Below are positions 50,923-59,751 of a stretch of 64,000 nt of DNA, in pieces. The DNA is from Bacteroidales bacterium (GTDB lineage Bacteria; Bacteroidota; Bacteroidia; Bacteroidales; VadinHA17), in NCBI GenBank assembly GCA_034002785.1, contig JAVEZX010000001.1:2984-66983 (forward strand), read 5' to 3'. The translations under genes were made by a program, and so were the position numbers. The notes beneath the pieces were generated by a model. It was not told the DNA's origin. It saw nothing but the letters and a program-made list of their open reading frames with translations, and did no database searches. How positions within the stretch are numbered: position 1 is the stretch's first letter; each line of letters opens with the position of its first letter.

Positions 50923-53229
50923 TCAATTAATCACCAGCATCTTCGTCACCCCGGCCAGGGTTCCGTCTTCTGTAGAGCAAAACACCAGGTAGACGCCTGT
51001 TGCCACCCTCTGACCCCTGTAGTTTTTCAGGTCCCATGTGGCCTGTCCACCGAGTGAGGTGCTCTCCCATACCAGGTTTCCGCTTACATCGGTGATCTTG
51101 ACTGATGAATTCTCAACGAGACCGGTGACGGTAACAATGCCTTCAAAATCTTCCCTTACCGGGTTCGGGAAGGCGTACATTTCCGAATAGTCCTCTACTC
51201 CGGAGGTGGCTTCGCCCCGGTACGAAATGATTCCTTCCGCTGTGCCGAACCACACTTCACCGCTGATGCCGTTGACGGCTATTTTAACTATGTTGTCAGA
51301 GAGGAGCGGGCTGTTTCCGGCATCGAAACGGGCCAGTTCCTTCCTGGCATCGTCAGACATAAGAAAGGCTCCCGAGCTGAGAGTACCGAACCATTTCCTG
51401 TTGGCACCGTCAACGGCGATTGCGGTTACCGTCTGTGTACCCAGGAGGTAGTCGGCAAGCCCTGATCCGTCATTTCTCGGTATCTTGATGCGGGAGGCTT
51501 TGATTTCGGATGAGAATGCCCTTCCCGGGTTATAGTATACAGCCGGTCCCAAATCGGTCCCAATCCAGATATTTCCGTCCAGATCCTGTTCTATTGAATA
51601 GAGGTTGTTCATTGTATAGCCCTCAGTATCCTGTACCTGGAGCCTGATGTACCTGTCATCGGTGGTATTGGCCGGGGTGCCGGCGGGGTCATAGACCAGC
51701 AGCCCGTTTCCCCTCGGGAGAACGACCCAGATGTACTGGTTGCGGTCAATTATCATGTCACCCACTGCCGTTACGCTGAGGTTTACAGGTGTGATTATCC
51801 AGTTGCCTTCCGGGGTCAGGGCCTTCAGGTTGCCCGTGACGCCGGTCTGTGTCATCCAGAGGTTACCGGAGCGGTCCCAGGCCAGGCCGCAGATACGGGT
51901 GTAATTCTCCCCTGGCCTGATGCTGGCCAGCGGGGAGTTATACTGGTTATAATTATTTATCACTTCACCGTCAAGGAATTCATAGAGGCCGTTTCCCCAC
52001 GAAGAGACGAAAAAGTGTTTCTCATTTTCGGGATCAGCAATCACGCGCATGGCGTCCCTGTCTGCTTCACCGTAAAGGATGTGACTGCTCCAGCTGTCTC
52101 CGCTGCCGGTAAAGATCTGTAGCGGGCGATAGACGTTGCCCCACGCATTGTCAACCGTTCCGCCGGTCACATAGAAGTTGCTGCCTGAGAATACTATATC
52201 TGCAACATTGTGAGTGTATGGGCCGGGGAGTGTATGGCTGGCAAACCGTGTATAGTCCTGAGTTGAGACCAGTCCTGATGAAGCATCCGCTATCCAGAGC
52301 TCCTGACCGGCAGTAAGAGTCCCGTATGGATTGGTTCCTGCCCATCCGTAGCCGGTGATCTGCCTCGTTACTTCGCCCTGCGCGGAAAAGATTACAACAG
52401 AGGAGGAGAGGGATGCGACCACCTGATTGCCGTTGCCGTCAAGTGCCCTGTAGGTTCCGGCCGGTTCTTCGGCTATGAGTGCTGCTGGCTGGCCGGGGGT
52501 GATGAGGAACAGGGAGTCTCGTGAGCCTGCAAGTGAGGGGTTTCCCGGCTTTGTTATCATCAGTGCGGAACCTGCGATGGCGATCTGGCTGTAACCAGCA
52601 TCGGGTTCGGGAAGGCCTTCGAGTCTTTCCCAGTTGCCAAAATAGGAGAGTCCCTGGCGATTCAGAGGGGCTGACCAGATGCCCCTGTCAGTAGATGCAT
52701 AAATATGGCTGTTCAGTATTTCCGACTCGCTCACGCCGTTTGTTTCTCCATCTGGTCCGGGCCTCCATGTGTCAGCTATGTAACGGCCCTTTACGTCAAC
52801 CACTACGATTCCGAAACTTGCTGCGAGCAGTGCACGGCTTCCGGTGACAGTGATACTGTTTATCTCCTTCAGACCGGGGATGTATTTATTTTTAATATCC
52901 GGGATATTGGTGACGATCCCTTTCTTAATTATGTCAATGCCGGTACTACGGTAGACGATTATCAGGGATTCTTCGTCTTCACACCAGGCAAGGTGAGAGA
53001 TGGCTGTCTCTGTCAGTCCGGAAACCTTTGAGAGCTTTGAAGCTACGCCGTTTGTGAGGTCATGAATGAGGATTGCCGATCCTGTTGATGACCAGATCTT
53101 GCCTCCGCCGGCGGCAATGCCGTATGACCTGCTGTAGGGCAGATGATCATTCCAGGAACCCACAGCACCCTGTCCCGAGGCCAGAAGCGTCGAGAGGAGA
53201 AGGTATGCTAACGGAATGATCTGTTTCAT
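50923..53229 (-). CDS. Double beta-propeller (two-component-regulator-propeller repeats) protein with a T9SS type-A C-terminal domain; PorZ-like
   Basis: Signal peptide. Repeated Reg_prop-like blades (e.g. IWIGTDLGPAVY, VWFGTAEGIISY, LWMTQTGVTG). The CTD is YAFPNPVREDFEGIVTVTGLVENSSVKITDVSGNLV...ATGVYLVFCST...KMLVIN. The 768-aa size and architecture match what I recall of P. gingivalis PorZ (two propellers plus CTD). Confidence 0.6.
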   Translation of the reverse strand: MKQIIPLAYLLLSTLLASGQGAVGSWNDHLPYSRSYGIAAGGGKIWSSTGSAILIHDLTNGVASKLSKVSGLTETAISHLAWCEDEESLIIVYRSTGIDIIKKGIVTNIPDIKNKYIPGLKEINSITVTGSRALLAASFGIVVVDVKGRYIADTWRPGPDGETNGVSESEILNSHIYASTDRGIWSAPLNRQGLSYFGNWERLEGLPEPDAGYSQIAIAGSALMITKPGNPSLAGSRDSLFLITPGQPAALIAEEPAGTYRALDGNGNQVVASLSSSVVIFSAQGEVTRQITGYGWAGTNPYGTLTAGQELWIADASSGLVSTQDYTRFASHTLPGPYTHNVADIVFSGSNFYVTGGTVDNAWGNVYRPLQIFTGSGDSWSSHILYGEADRDAMRVIADPENEKHFFVSSWGNGLYEFLDGEVINNYNQYNSPLASIRPGENYTRICGLAWDRSGNLWMTQTGVTGNLKALTPEGNWIITPVNLSVTAVGDMIIDRNQYIWVVLPRGNGLLVYDPAGTPANTTDDRYIRLQVQDTEGYTMNNLYSIEQDLDGNIWIGTDLGPAVYYNPGRAFSSEIKASRIKIPRNDGSGLADYLLGTQTVTAIAVDGANRKWFGTLSSGAFLMSDDARKELARFDAGNSPLLSDNIVKIAVNGISGEVWFGTAEGIISYRGEATSGVEDYSEMYAFPNPVREDFEGIVTVTGLVENSSVKITDVSGNLVWESTSLGGQATWDLKNYRGQRVATGVYLVFCSTEDGTLAGVTKMLVIN

Positions 53230-53260
53230 TTTGCCGTTGTTGACTGCAATTCAGGGCAAA

Positions 53261-53842
53261 TTATTCATCTGAGCCTTTCAGGAAGGATATGAGCTTTCGC
53301 ATCGCCCTGGCCCTGTGGGAGATGTTGTTTTTCTCCTGCAGCGGGATCTCGGCAAAGGTTTTGTCAGAACCCGTAGCCCTGAAGACCGGATCATATCCGA
53401 AGCCGCCGCTGCCTTTTCTTTCCGTTATTATTTCACCTTCTATGATACCCTCGAAAAGAAACTCCTTCTTATCGAGAATCAGTGCTATAACAGTTCTGAA
53501 CCGGGCGCTTCTGTCAGTCACGCCGTCCATCTCACGAAGAAGCTTGTCAATGTTGTCATCGAAGCTTTTGCTCTCGCCGGCGTACCTGGCGGACCAGACT
53601 CCAGGGGCACCTCCGAGGGCGGTGACCTCCAGCCCTGTATCGTCAGCGAAGACGTTCATCCCTGTCTTCTCATAAATATACCGGGCTTTGAAGAGTGCGT
53701 TTTCGTCAAGCGTATCGGCATCCTCCGGGATATCTTCGGAAATATTGAGGTCAGACAGGCCAACGATCCTGAAATCTCCGTCGAGAAGATCACTTATCTC
53801 CCTGACTTTATGTTTGTTGTTTGTTGCGAATACAAGTTCCAT
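53261..53842 (-). CDS. rdgB: Non-canonical purine NTP pyrophosphatase (RdgB/HAM1 family)
   Basis: LVFATNNKHKVREI, ETG.TF..NA-like region and GSGGFGYDPVF. Confidence 0.9.
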   Translation of the reverse strand: MELVFATNNKHKVREISDLLDGDFRIVGLSDLNISEDIPEDADTLDENALFKARYIYEKTGMNVFADDTGLEVTALGGAPGVWSARYAGESKSFDDNIDKLLREMDGVTDRSARFRTVIALILDKKEFLFEGIIEGEIITERKGSGGFGYDPVFRATGSDKTFAEIPLQEKNNISHRARAMRKLISFLKGSDE

Positions 53843-53923
53843 AGTTTCAAAGGGTACAAGGCAAAATTAATCATTGGATCGTGACAGGCTGCTGCAGTAT
53901 ACCAAAACAGTAAAATATTAGTT

Positions 53924-53931
53924 TATTTTTG
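53924..53931 (+). promoter_or_regulatory. TAnnTTTG -7 promoter motif upstream of the second cyclase gene
   Basis: TATTTTTG lies 26 bp upstream of ATG 53957. Confidence 0.4.
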
Positions 53932-53956
53932 TATAGATCACACTTTGAAATCCTCT

Positions 53957-55810
53957 ATGGTTATCAACTTGTTCCGAGGGCTTGTCATTACCGGCGTCAT
54001 GCTATGTGCAGGTACGGTTTACGGCCGTATTGACCTCGGGGGAGTTCAGGGAGATGAACTACAGGCTGGCAGCAGCATAACCGGAGTGTATGACTACAGG
54101 AGCGGCAGGAGCATTGATGCTTCGGCTGGCATACCTGTACTGGAATACCGTGACGGGATAATTTTCATAATGAAGAAAGACACGGCTGTGGAATACTCAT
54201 ATTTCCTGGCCGGTCCGGATCTTGACTGGACTGCCTGGAGTGACCGGGCTTACAAGGAATACACGGATCTTGATCGCGGCAGGTATACTTTCCTTTATCG
54301 TTACCGTACCCGCGGTGATGATGTGTCAGGGGAAGGTTCTTACAGTTTCAGGGTTAGGGCTCCCTGGTACTTATCGCCTCTCGCATGGATTATTTATCCT
54401 CTGCTGCTGGTGCTGGGGGGTGTGCTTCTGCGGATTCGGACACATAAACTGTACATGGCCCGGCAGAAAAGGCTTGAGCAGCTTATTGCCGAAAGGACCG
54501 AGGAGTTGCAGCATGAGAAGGAGAAGTCGGACAACCTGCTGGCCAACATGTTACCCAAAGGCACGGCTGAGGAGATAATGCTTAAGGGCAAGGCAGACAA
54601 GAGGAAGTATAATTTTGTTACGGTTCTGTTCTCGGATATCCAGGGATTTACCAGGATAGCAGAAGAGATGAATCCGGAAATGCTGATAGACGAGCTTGAC
54701 CGTTTTTTCTTCCATTTCGACTCCGTTGCCGAGAAGTACCGCATTGAAAAGATCAAGACCATAGGTGATGCCTACATGTGTGCCGGGGGCATCCCGGAGA
54801 GGAACAGGACCAACCCCGTTGAGGTGGTGCTGGCAGCTCTCGAGATGCAGAAGTACATGCAGCAGATGAAGAATGACCCGTCGAAGCCGGCAGCAAGGTT
54901 CTGGGATATCAGGATAGGGATCCATACAGGGACCGTGGTGGCCGGGGTGGTGGGACACAAGAAGATTACATATGACATCTGGGGCGATACGGTAAACACT
55001 GCAAGCAGGATGGAGTCGTCCGGTGAGCCTGGGAAAATCAACATCTCCGGCACCACCTACGAGTTTGTAAAGGAATATTTTACCTGTGATTACCGCGGCC
55101 GGATGCCGGTGAAGTACAAGGGCGACCTCGACATGTATTTTGTTACGGGTATAAGGCCTGAACTGCGCGAGGAGGATGGGTCGCCCAACGGGCGGTTTCT
55201 TACAAAGATCGAGATGATTCGCGTTCTCGATGTAGAGGAGCACGTCTTCAGCAAATATTCAGAGATCTCCTCGCCGGATCTCTTCTTCCACAGTGCTGAC
55301 TATATCAGGAGTGTCGCTCTGCAGGCTGAACTGCTTGCCAGGGCCGAAAAGCTGACAGACCGCGAGTATGTTCATCTGAGGCTGGCATCGGTCTTCATCA
55401 ATTTCGGGTATGCCTTTGACTATAATGATCCGGAGACTGCAACACTGAAGCGTGCGGGTGAGATACTTCTTGTTTACGGTTTCGGAGGACAGACACTCAA
55501 GGCGGTTTCTGACCTGGTAATATCCGCAGCCTCACCGGTGCAGGAGAGTGCAGCGGGCAGGGTGCTTCATGATGCTGTGTATGACTTTACGGGCAGGGTC
55601 GATTTTGTGGCTATGATTGACAGGCTGTACCGTGAGGAAAAGGCCTACGGAAAGATAAATGATGAAAAGGCCTGGTTCAGGAAGATTGCTTTGCAGATTC
55701 AGAATAACGGGTTCCTTACTGAGAGTGCACAGAAGTTGCGGTCTGTGCCTGCTGATGAGCAACTTAATGCGCTTCGCGTATTTGCCGGGGGCAAGCTCAA
55801 CAATATTTAA
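53957..55810 (+). CDS. Y_Y_Y domain - TM - coiled coil - class III adenylate cyclase - degenerate HD-like domain
   Basis: The extracytoplasmic Y_Y_Y-type segment is VEYSYFLAGPDLDWTAWSDRAYKEYTDLDRGRYTFLYRY. The TM helix is LAWIIYPLLLVLGGVLL. Cyclase motifs are VLFSDIQGFT, KTIGDAYMCAGGIP and YDIWGDTVNTASRMESSG. The C-terminal domain is homologous to the paralog's HD domain, but HD is replaced by IN (ASVFINFGY, nt 55397..55402). I chose the start at ATG 53957. Confidence 0.8.
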   Translation: MVINLFRGLVITGVMLCAGTVYGRIDLGGVQGDELQAGSSITGVYDYRSGRSIDASAGIPVLEYRDGIIFIMKKDTAVEYSYFLAGPDLDWTAWSDRAYKEYTDLDRGRYTFLYRYRTRGDDVSGEGSYSFRVRAPWYLSPLAWIIYPLLLVLGGVLLRIRTHKLYMARQKRLEQLIAERTEELQHEKEKSDNLLANMLPKGTAEEIMLKGKADKRKYNFVTVLFSDIQGFTRIAEEMNPEMLIDELDRFFFHFDSVAEKYRIEKIKTIGDAYMCAGGIPERNRTNPVEVVLAALEMQKYMQQMKNDPSKPAARFWDIRIGIHTGTVVAGVVGHKKITYDIWGDTVNTASRMESSGEPGKINISGTTYEFVKEYFTCDYRGRMPVKYKGDLDMYFVTGIRPELREEDGSPNGRFLTKIEMIRVLDVEEHVFSKYSEISSPDLFFHSADYIRSVALQAELLARAEKLTDREYVHLRLASVFINFGYAFDYNDPETATLKRAGEILLVYGFGGQTLKAVSDLVISAASPVQESAAGRVLHDAVYDFTGRVDFVAMIDRLYREEKAYGKINDEKAWFRKIALQIQNNGFLTESAQKLRSVPADEQLNALRVFAGGKLNNI

Positions 55811-55815
55811 AATCA

Positions 55816-55846
55816 TTTGGAACTTTGGTTTTAAAACGTACATTTG
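55816..55846 (+). promoter_or_regulatory. Bacteroidota-type promoter of ilvE: -33 TTTG (55816..55819) and -7 TACATTTG (55839..55846)
   Basis: Both elements are read directly, with 19 nt between them, and the ATG lies 22 bp downstream. The track's TTG start (55844) falls inside the -7 box. Confidence 0.5.
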
Positions 55847-55867
55847 AAAAATCCAAAAATTGAGATC

Positions 55868-56890
55868 ATGGTAAATTTAGACTGGAATAATCTTCCTTTT
55901 GGCTACATTAAGACGGACTTCAATGTACGGTGTTACTATAAGAACGGGCAGTGGAGCAAGCCTGAGATATCGGATTCCGAAACCATCAGTATTCATATTG
56001 CTGCCACCGGGCTGCATTACGGCCAGGAGGCCTTTGAAGGCATGAAGGCTTACAGGGGCCGTGACGGCAAGGTAAGACTTTTTCGTTGGGATGAAAACGC
56101 CAAAAGACTAATCTCCTCAGCCAATGGGGTGCATATGGCTCCGGTGCCGGTTGAACTGTTCAAAGAGGCTGTTTTTACTGCCGTGAGTCTAAATGAGAAA
56201 TTTGTTCCCCCTTACGGTTCAGGCGCATCGCTTTATGTCAGGCCAGTGCTATACGGAAGTGGAGCTGAAGTAGGTGTCAAGCCTGCATCGGAATACACCT
56301 TTATCGTGTTCGTTTCACCTGTCGGCCCTTACTTCAAGGGGGGCGTTAAGCCTGTGAACATGATGATCTGTCGTGATGTTGACCGTGCTGCACCGCTTGG
56401 GACCGGGAATATCAAGGTAGGGGGCAACTATGCTGCCAGCCTCAGGGCCATCGTCAAGGCCCGTGATCTCGGTTACGGCAACGCACTCTTCCTGGATGCA
56501 AGGGAGAAGAAATACATCGATGAATGCGGACCTGCCAACTTCTTCGGCATAAAGAACAATACATACATCACTCCCAAGTCAGAGTCGATCCTTCCTTCAA
56601 TAACAAATAAGAGCCTCATCGCGATAGCTGAGAGCATGGGGATAACCACCGAGCGCCGCAGGGTACCGATTGAGGAGCTGGAAGAATTTGAGGAGACCGG
56701 AGCCTGCGGTACTGCTGCCGTTATCAGCCCTATTGCGAAAATCTTTGATCCGGATACCGGAAAGGTATATGAGTACTGCAAGGATGGGAAGCCCGGACCT
56801 GTCTCCATGAAGCTGTTCAACAAGCTGGTTGGCATCCAGTACGGGGATGAACCTGATGAATTTGGCTGGATGACAGTGGTGGAGGCCTGA
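55868..56890 (+). CDS. ilvE: Branched-chain amino acid aminotransferase (fold type IV)
   Basis: LHYGQEAFEGMKAYR, GNIKVGGNYAAS and EETGACGTAAVISPI are typical of the long IlvE/BCAT type. Confidence 0.9.
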   Translation: MVNLDWNNLPFGYIKTDFNVRCYYKNGQWSKPEISDSETISIHIAATGLHYGQEAFEGMKAYRGRDGKVRLFRWDENAKRLISSANGVHMAPVPVELFKEAVFTAVSLNEKFVPPYGSGASLYVRPVLYGSGAEVGVKPASEYTFIVFVSPVGPYFKGGVKPVNMMICRDVDRAAPLGTGNIKVGGNYAASLRAIVKARDLGYGNALFLDAREKKYIDECGPANFFGIKNNTYITPKSESILPSITNKSLIAIAESMGITTERRRVPIEELEEFEETGACGTAAVISPIAKIFDPDTGKVYEYCKDGKPGPVSMKLFNKLVGIQYGDEPDEFGWMTVVEA

Positions 56891-57032
56891 GCTCATTTTT
56901 TATACCGTTGGCTCAAGCCGGCCCTGATGACGGTCTTGAGGCCCTCTGGCCTTTACCGCCATGCAATGTCCCGATTGGCCCTGTATGCTTAAAAAAATGC
57001 AGTGTGATTGAAGGATTTGGCGGTTTGTGTGC

Positions 57033-57040
57033 TATTTTTG
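57033..57040 (+). promoter_or_regulatory. TAnnTTTG -7 motif upstream of ftsX
   Basis: TATTTTTG lies 17 bp upstream of the GTG start at 57057. Confidence 0.35.
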
Positions 57041-57056
57041 ACGCAAAGTTTTAGTA

Positions 57057-57935
57057 GTGGCAAAAACAACGGGAGGAATATCCAGGTACAGGCTCGGCAG
57101 TTCATATGTAACACTGGTTATTAGTGTCTCGCTGGTTCTCTTTCTCATAGGCATTCTCGGGATGGTGCTGATAAACGCACGGCAGCTGTCCGACTACTTC
57201 AGGGAGAGTCTCTCATTTACAATCATGCTCAAGGAGGATGCCCGTGAAGCTGATATCAGGATGTTGCAGAAGGAGCTTGATGCCAGGCCTTTTGTCAAAC
57301 AAACCGAATATGTTTCAAAAGATCAGGCTGCTGTCAAGCTGCAGGAGGAACTTGGTGAGGACTTCCTGAACTTTCTTGGTTACAATCCGCTGATGCCGAC
57401 AATCGATGTCTATTTGCAGGCCAGGTACACTCACCCCGACAGTGTGATAAAGCTTGAGAAGATAATTTCGGAATACCCGGTTGTGGATGAGGTTTATTAC
57501 CAGGAATCAATACTGAACCTGATCAATGACAATGTGCGGAAGATCAGTGTATTCCTTATGATAATCAGTCTCTTGCTGTTCCTGATTGCCATGACAATCA
57601 TCAATAACACGATTCGTCTTTCGATTTATTCGAAAAGATTCCTGATAAACACGATGCAGCTGATAGGAGCAAACAGGTCGTTTATCAGGAAGCCCTTTTT
57701 GCTACGGAGTCTTTTTTTCGGCTTTCTTGCCGCTCTGATTGCCATCGGGCTGCTGATGGGGCTTATGTATCTCATAGAAAAAGAATTCTTTACTCTTTTC
57801 ACCTATGAGAACATCAATCTGTTTCTCCTTCTCTGCCTGGCACTGGTGGTTGCGGGGGTGGTTATAAACGGGATTTCGACTTTTTTTGCCGTGAACAGGT
57901 ATCTCGGCATGCACGAGGATAAATTATATTACTAG
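57057..57935 (+). CDS. ftsX: Cell division protein FtsX-like permease
   Basis: TM1, then a periplasmic alpha/beta domain (FTIMLKEDAREADIRMLQKELDARPFVKQTEYVSKDQA), then three C-terminal TM helices. It has a GTG start and no adjacent ftsE. Confidence 0.8.
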   Translation: MAKTTGGISRYRLGSSYVTLVISVSLVLFLIGILGMVLINARQLSDYFRESLSFTIMLKEDAREADIRMLQKELDARPFVKQTEYVSKDQAAVKLQEELGEDFLNFLGYNPLMPTIDVYLQARYTHPDSVIKLEKIISEYPVVDEVYYQESILNLINDNVRKISVFLMIISLLLFLIAMTIINNTIRLSIYSKRFLINTMQLIGANRSFIRKPFLLRSLFFGFLAALIAIGLLMGLMYLIEKEFFTLFTYENINLFLLLCLALVVAGVVINGISTFFAVNRYLGMHEDKLYY

Positions 57936-57940
57936 AAATT

Positions 57941-58189
57941 ATGGTCGCTAAAAAGGAAGAAGAAAAGAAGACCGGTTTTGCCCTGGGAAGGGAGAATTAT
58001 AAGCTGATGGCGATAGGCTTCGCCGTCATAATTATCGGTTTTATTTTAATGGCCGGCGGGAGATCTGATGACCCGAAGGTTTTTTCGGAAGAGATCTTCA
58101 GTTTCCGCAGGGTCACTCTTGCCCCGCTGATTGTGCTGGCCGGGTTTATTTTCGAGATTTATGCAATAATGAAGAGGCCGCGGGAATAA
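57941..58189 (+). CDS. DUF3098-like small membrane protein
   Basis: 82 aa with two TM helices. The pattern FALGRENYKLMAIGFAVIIIGFILMAGG...IFSFRRVTLAPLIVLAGFIFEIYAI matches, as does its conserved position between ftsX and uppP in Bacteroidota. Confidence 0.65.
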   Translation: MVAKKEEEKKTGFALGRENYKLMAIGFAVIIIGFILMAGGRSDDPKVFSEEIFSFRRVTLAPLIVLAGFIFEIYAIMKRPRE

Positions 58190-58222
58190 GGAACAGGGCT
58201 TTGATTAATCTTACGACTTGGA

Positions 58223-58999
58223 ATGAATTGGTATGAAGCCCTGATCTTCGGGCTGGTGCAGGGATTGACAGAGTTTCTTCCTGTAAGCAGTGACGGACAT
58301 CTTGAGATTGTGAAGTTTCTCTTTGGAGGGATCGAGGAAAGTTTCCTCTTTTCCGTGGCGGTACATGGTGCAACTGTGCTTAGTATACTGGTTGTCTTCT
58401 GGAAGGATATTATGAAATTGCTGGGAGGAGTGTTCAAATTCAGGATGAATGAGGAGACTGTCTTTGCACTGAAGCTTATTGTTTCGATGATACCGGTTGC
58501 TATTGTCGGGTTTACGATGAGAGGGATGGTTGAAAAGCTGTTTGTTGCCGATATGGATATTACCGGGTCCTTTCTGCTTGTTACAGCCCTGTTTTTGATT
58601 ATGGGTCATTTTGTCCCGAAGAGGGATAAACCGATCACCTACGGTGGTGCTTTCCTGATGGGAATAGCACAGGCAATGGCTGTTCTGCCTGGATTGTCAA
58701 GGTCGGGATCGACGATCTCAACCGGCCTGGCGCTTGGAAACAGCAAGAATGAATTGGCGAGGTTCTCGTTCCTGATGGTAATCGTACCTATCATTGGAGC
58801 CAATTTCATGGAGGTGGTTACAATGGAACCACAGGCAGTTGACGGAGTGTTATTTCCGCTGATTGTGGCGTTTGTTGCTGCGTTTGTGTCGGGGTACGCC
58901 GCCTGCAGATGGATGATTAACATAGTGAAGAAGGGCAAGCTTGGATGGTTTGCCCTCTATTGCGTACTTGTTGGACTTGCATTGATAATATTTGCCTGA
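58223..58999 (+). CDS. uppP: Undecaprenyl-diphosphate phosphatase
   Basis: GLVQGLTEFLPVSSDGHL, and the GLSRSGSTI motif (PGLSRSGSTISTGL). Confidence 0.9.
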   Translation: MNWYEALIFGLVQGLTEFLPVSSDGHLEIVKFLFGGIEESFLFSVAVHGATVLSILVVFWKDIMKLLGGVFKFRMNEETVFALKLIVSMIPVAIVGFTMRGMVEKLFVADMDITGSFLLVTALFLIMGHFVPKRDKPITYGGAFLMGIAQAMAVLPGLSRSGSTISTGLALGNSKNELARFSFLMVIVPIIGANFMEVVTMEPQAVDGVLFPLIVAFVAAFVSGYAACRWMINIVKKGKLGWFALYCVLVGLALIIFA

Positions 59000-59001
59000 G
59001 A

Positions 59002-59724
59002 GTGCTGAAGAGCTGTACTGATTTTGAGGTAGGGGAGGTGTTGCTTCTGCAGAAGCCGCTTTACTGGACATCCTTTGACCTGGTTAACAAGGTGAAGATG
59101 GCTATAAGGCATCACTGCGGGCTGAAGAAGCTTAAGGTAGGTCATGCCGGGACGCTGGATCCGTTGGCCACCGGGCTGATGATTGTCTGCACGGGAAAAG
59201 CCACTCGTCGTGTGGAAGAGTTCAGGGACCTGGACAAGAAATACACGGCAGTGATACGATTCGGTCAGACGACACCCTCTTTTGATCTTGAAAGCGAGGT
59301 GGACGGAGAGTATCCTGCCGGTCATATAACAGAGGAGATGGTAAGGGCTTCGCTAAGGGATTTTTTGGGTGAGCATGACCAGGAGCCTCCGCTCTTCTCT
59401 GCCAAGTTTGTTGACGGAAAGAGGGCATACGAGCTTGCGAGGAAGAAGATTGACAGAAAACTTGACAAGGTAAAGGTTGTGTTTCATGAGCTGGAGCTTC
59501 TCAGTTTCACCGGAGCTGATGCCACGGTAAGGATAGTTTGCAGCAAGGGGACATATGTCAGGGCATTTGCACGAGATCTTGGCCTGGCTCTTGGCAGCGG
59601 CGGTCATCTAATAGCCCTGGTACGGAATGGTATAGGTGATTACACCCTTGAAAAGGCGCTGACTGTAGAAGAGTTGAAATTTATTTTGGAAAATTTGAAA
59701 CAAAGTGATAATTCATTCGTATAA
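59002..59724 (+). CDS. truB: tRNA pseudouridine(55) synthase
   Basis: LLLQKPLYWTSFDLVNKVK and KVGHAGTLDPLATGLMIV (catalytic Asp). The start is uncertain. I place it at GTG 59002, right after the uppP stop, whereas the track ORF (58945) overlaps uppP. Confidence 0.8.
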   Translation: MLKSCTDFEVGEVLLLQKPLYWTSFDLVNKVKMAIRHHCGLKKLKVGHAGTLDPLATGLMIVCTGKATRRVEEFRDLDKKYTAVIRFGQTTPSFDLESEVDGEYPAGHITEEMVRASLRDFLGEHDQEPPLFSAKFVDGKRAYELARKKIDRKLDKVKVVFHELELLSFTGADATVRIVCSKGTYVRAFARDLGLALGSGGHLIALVRNGIGDYTLEKALTVEELKFILENLKQSDNSFV

Positions 59725-59751
59725 ATATTCTTGCACTAACGGATTTTGATC

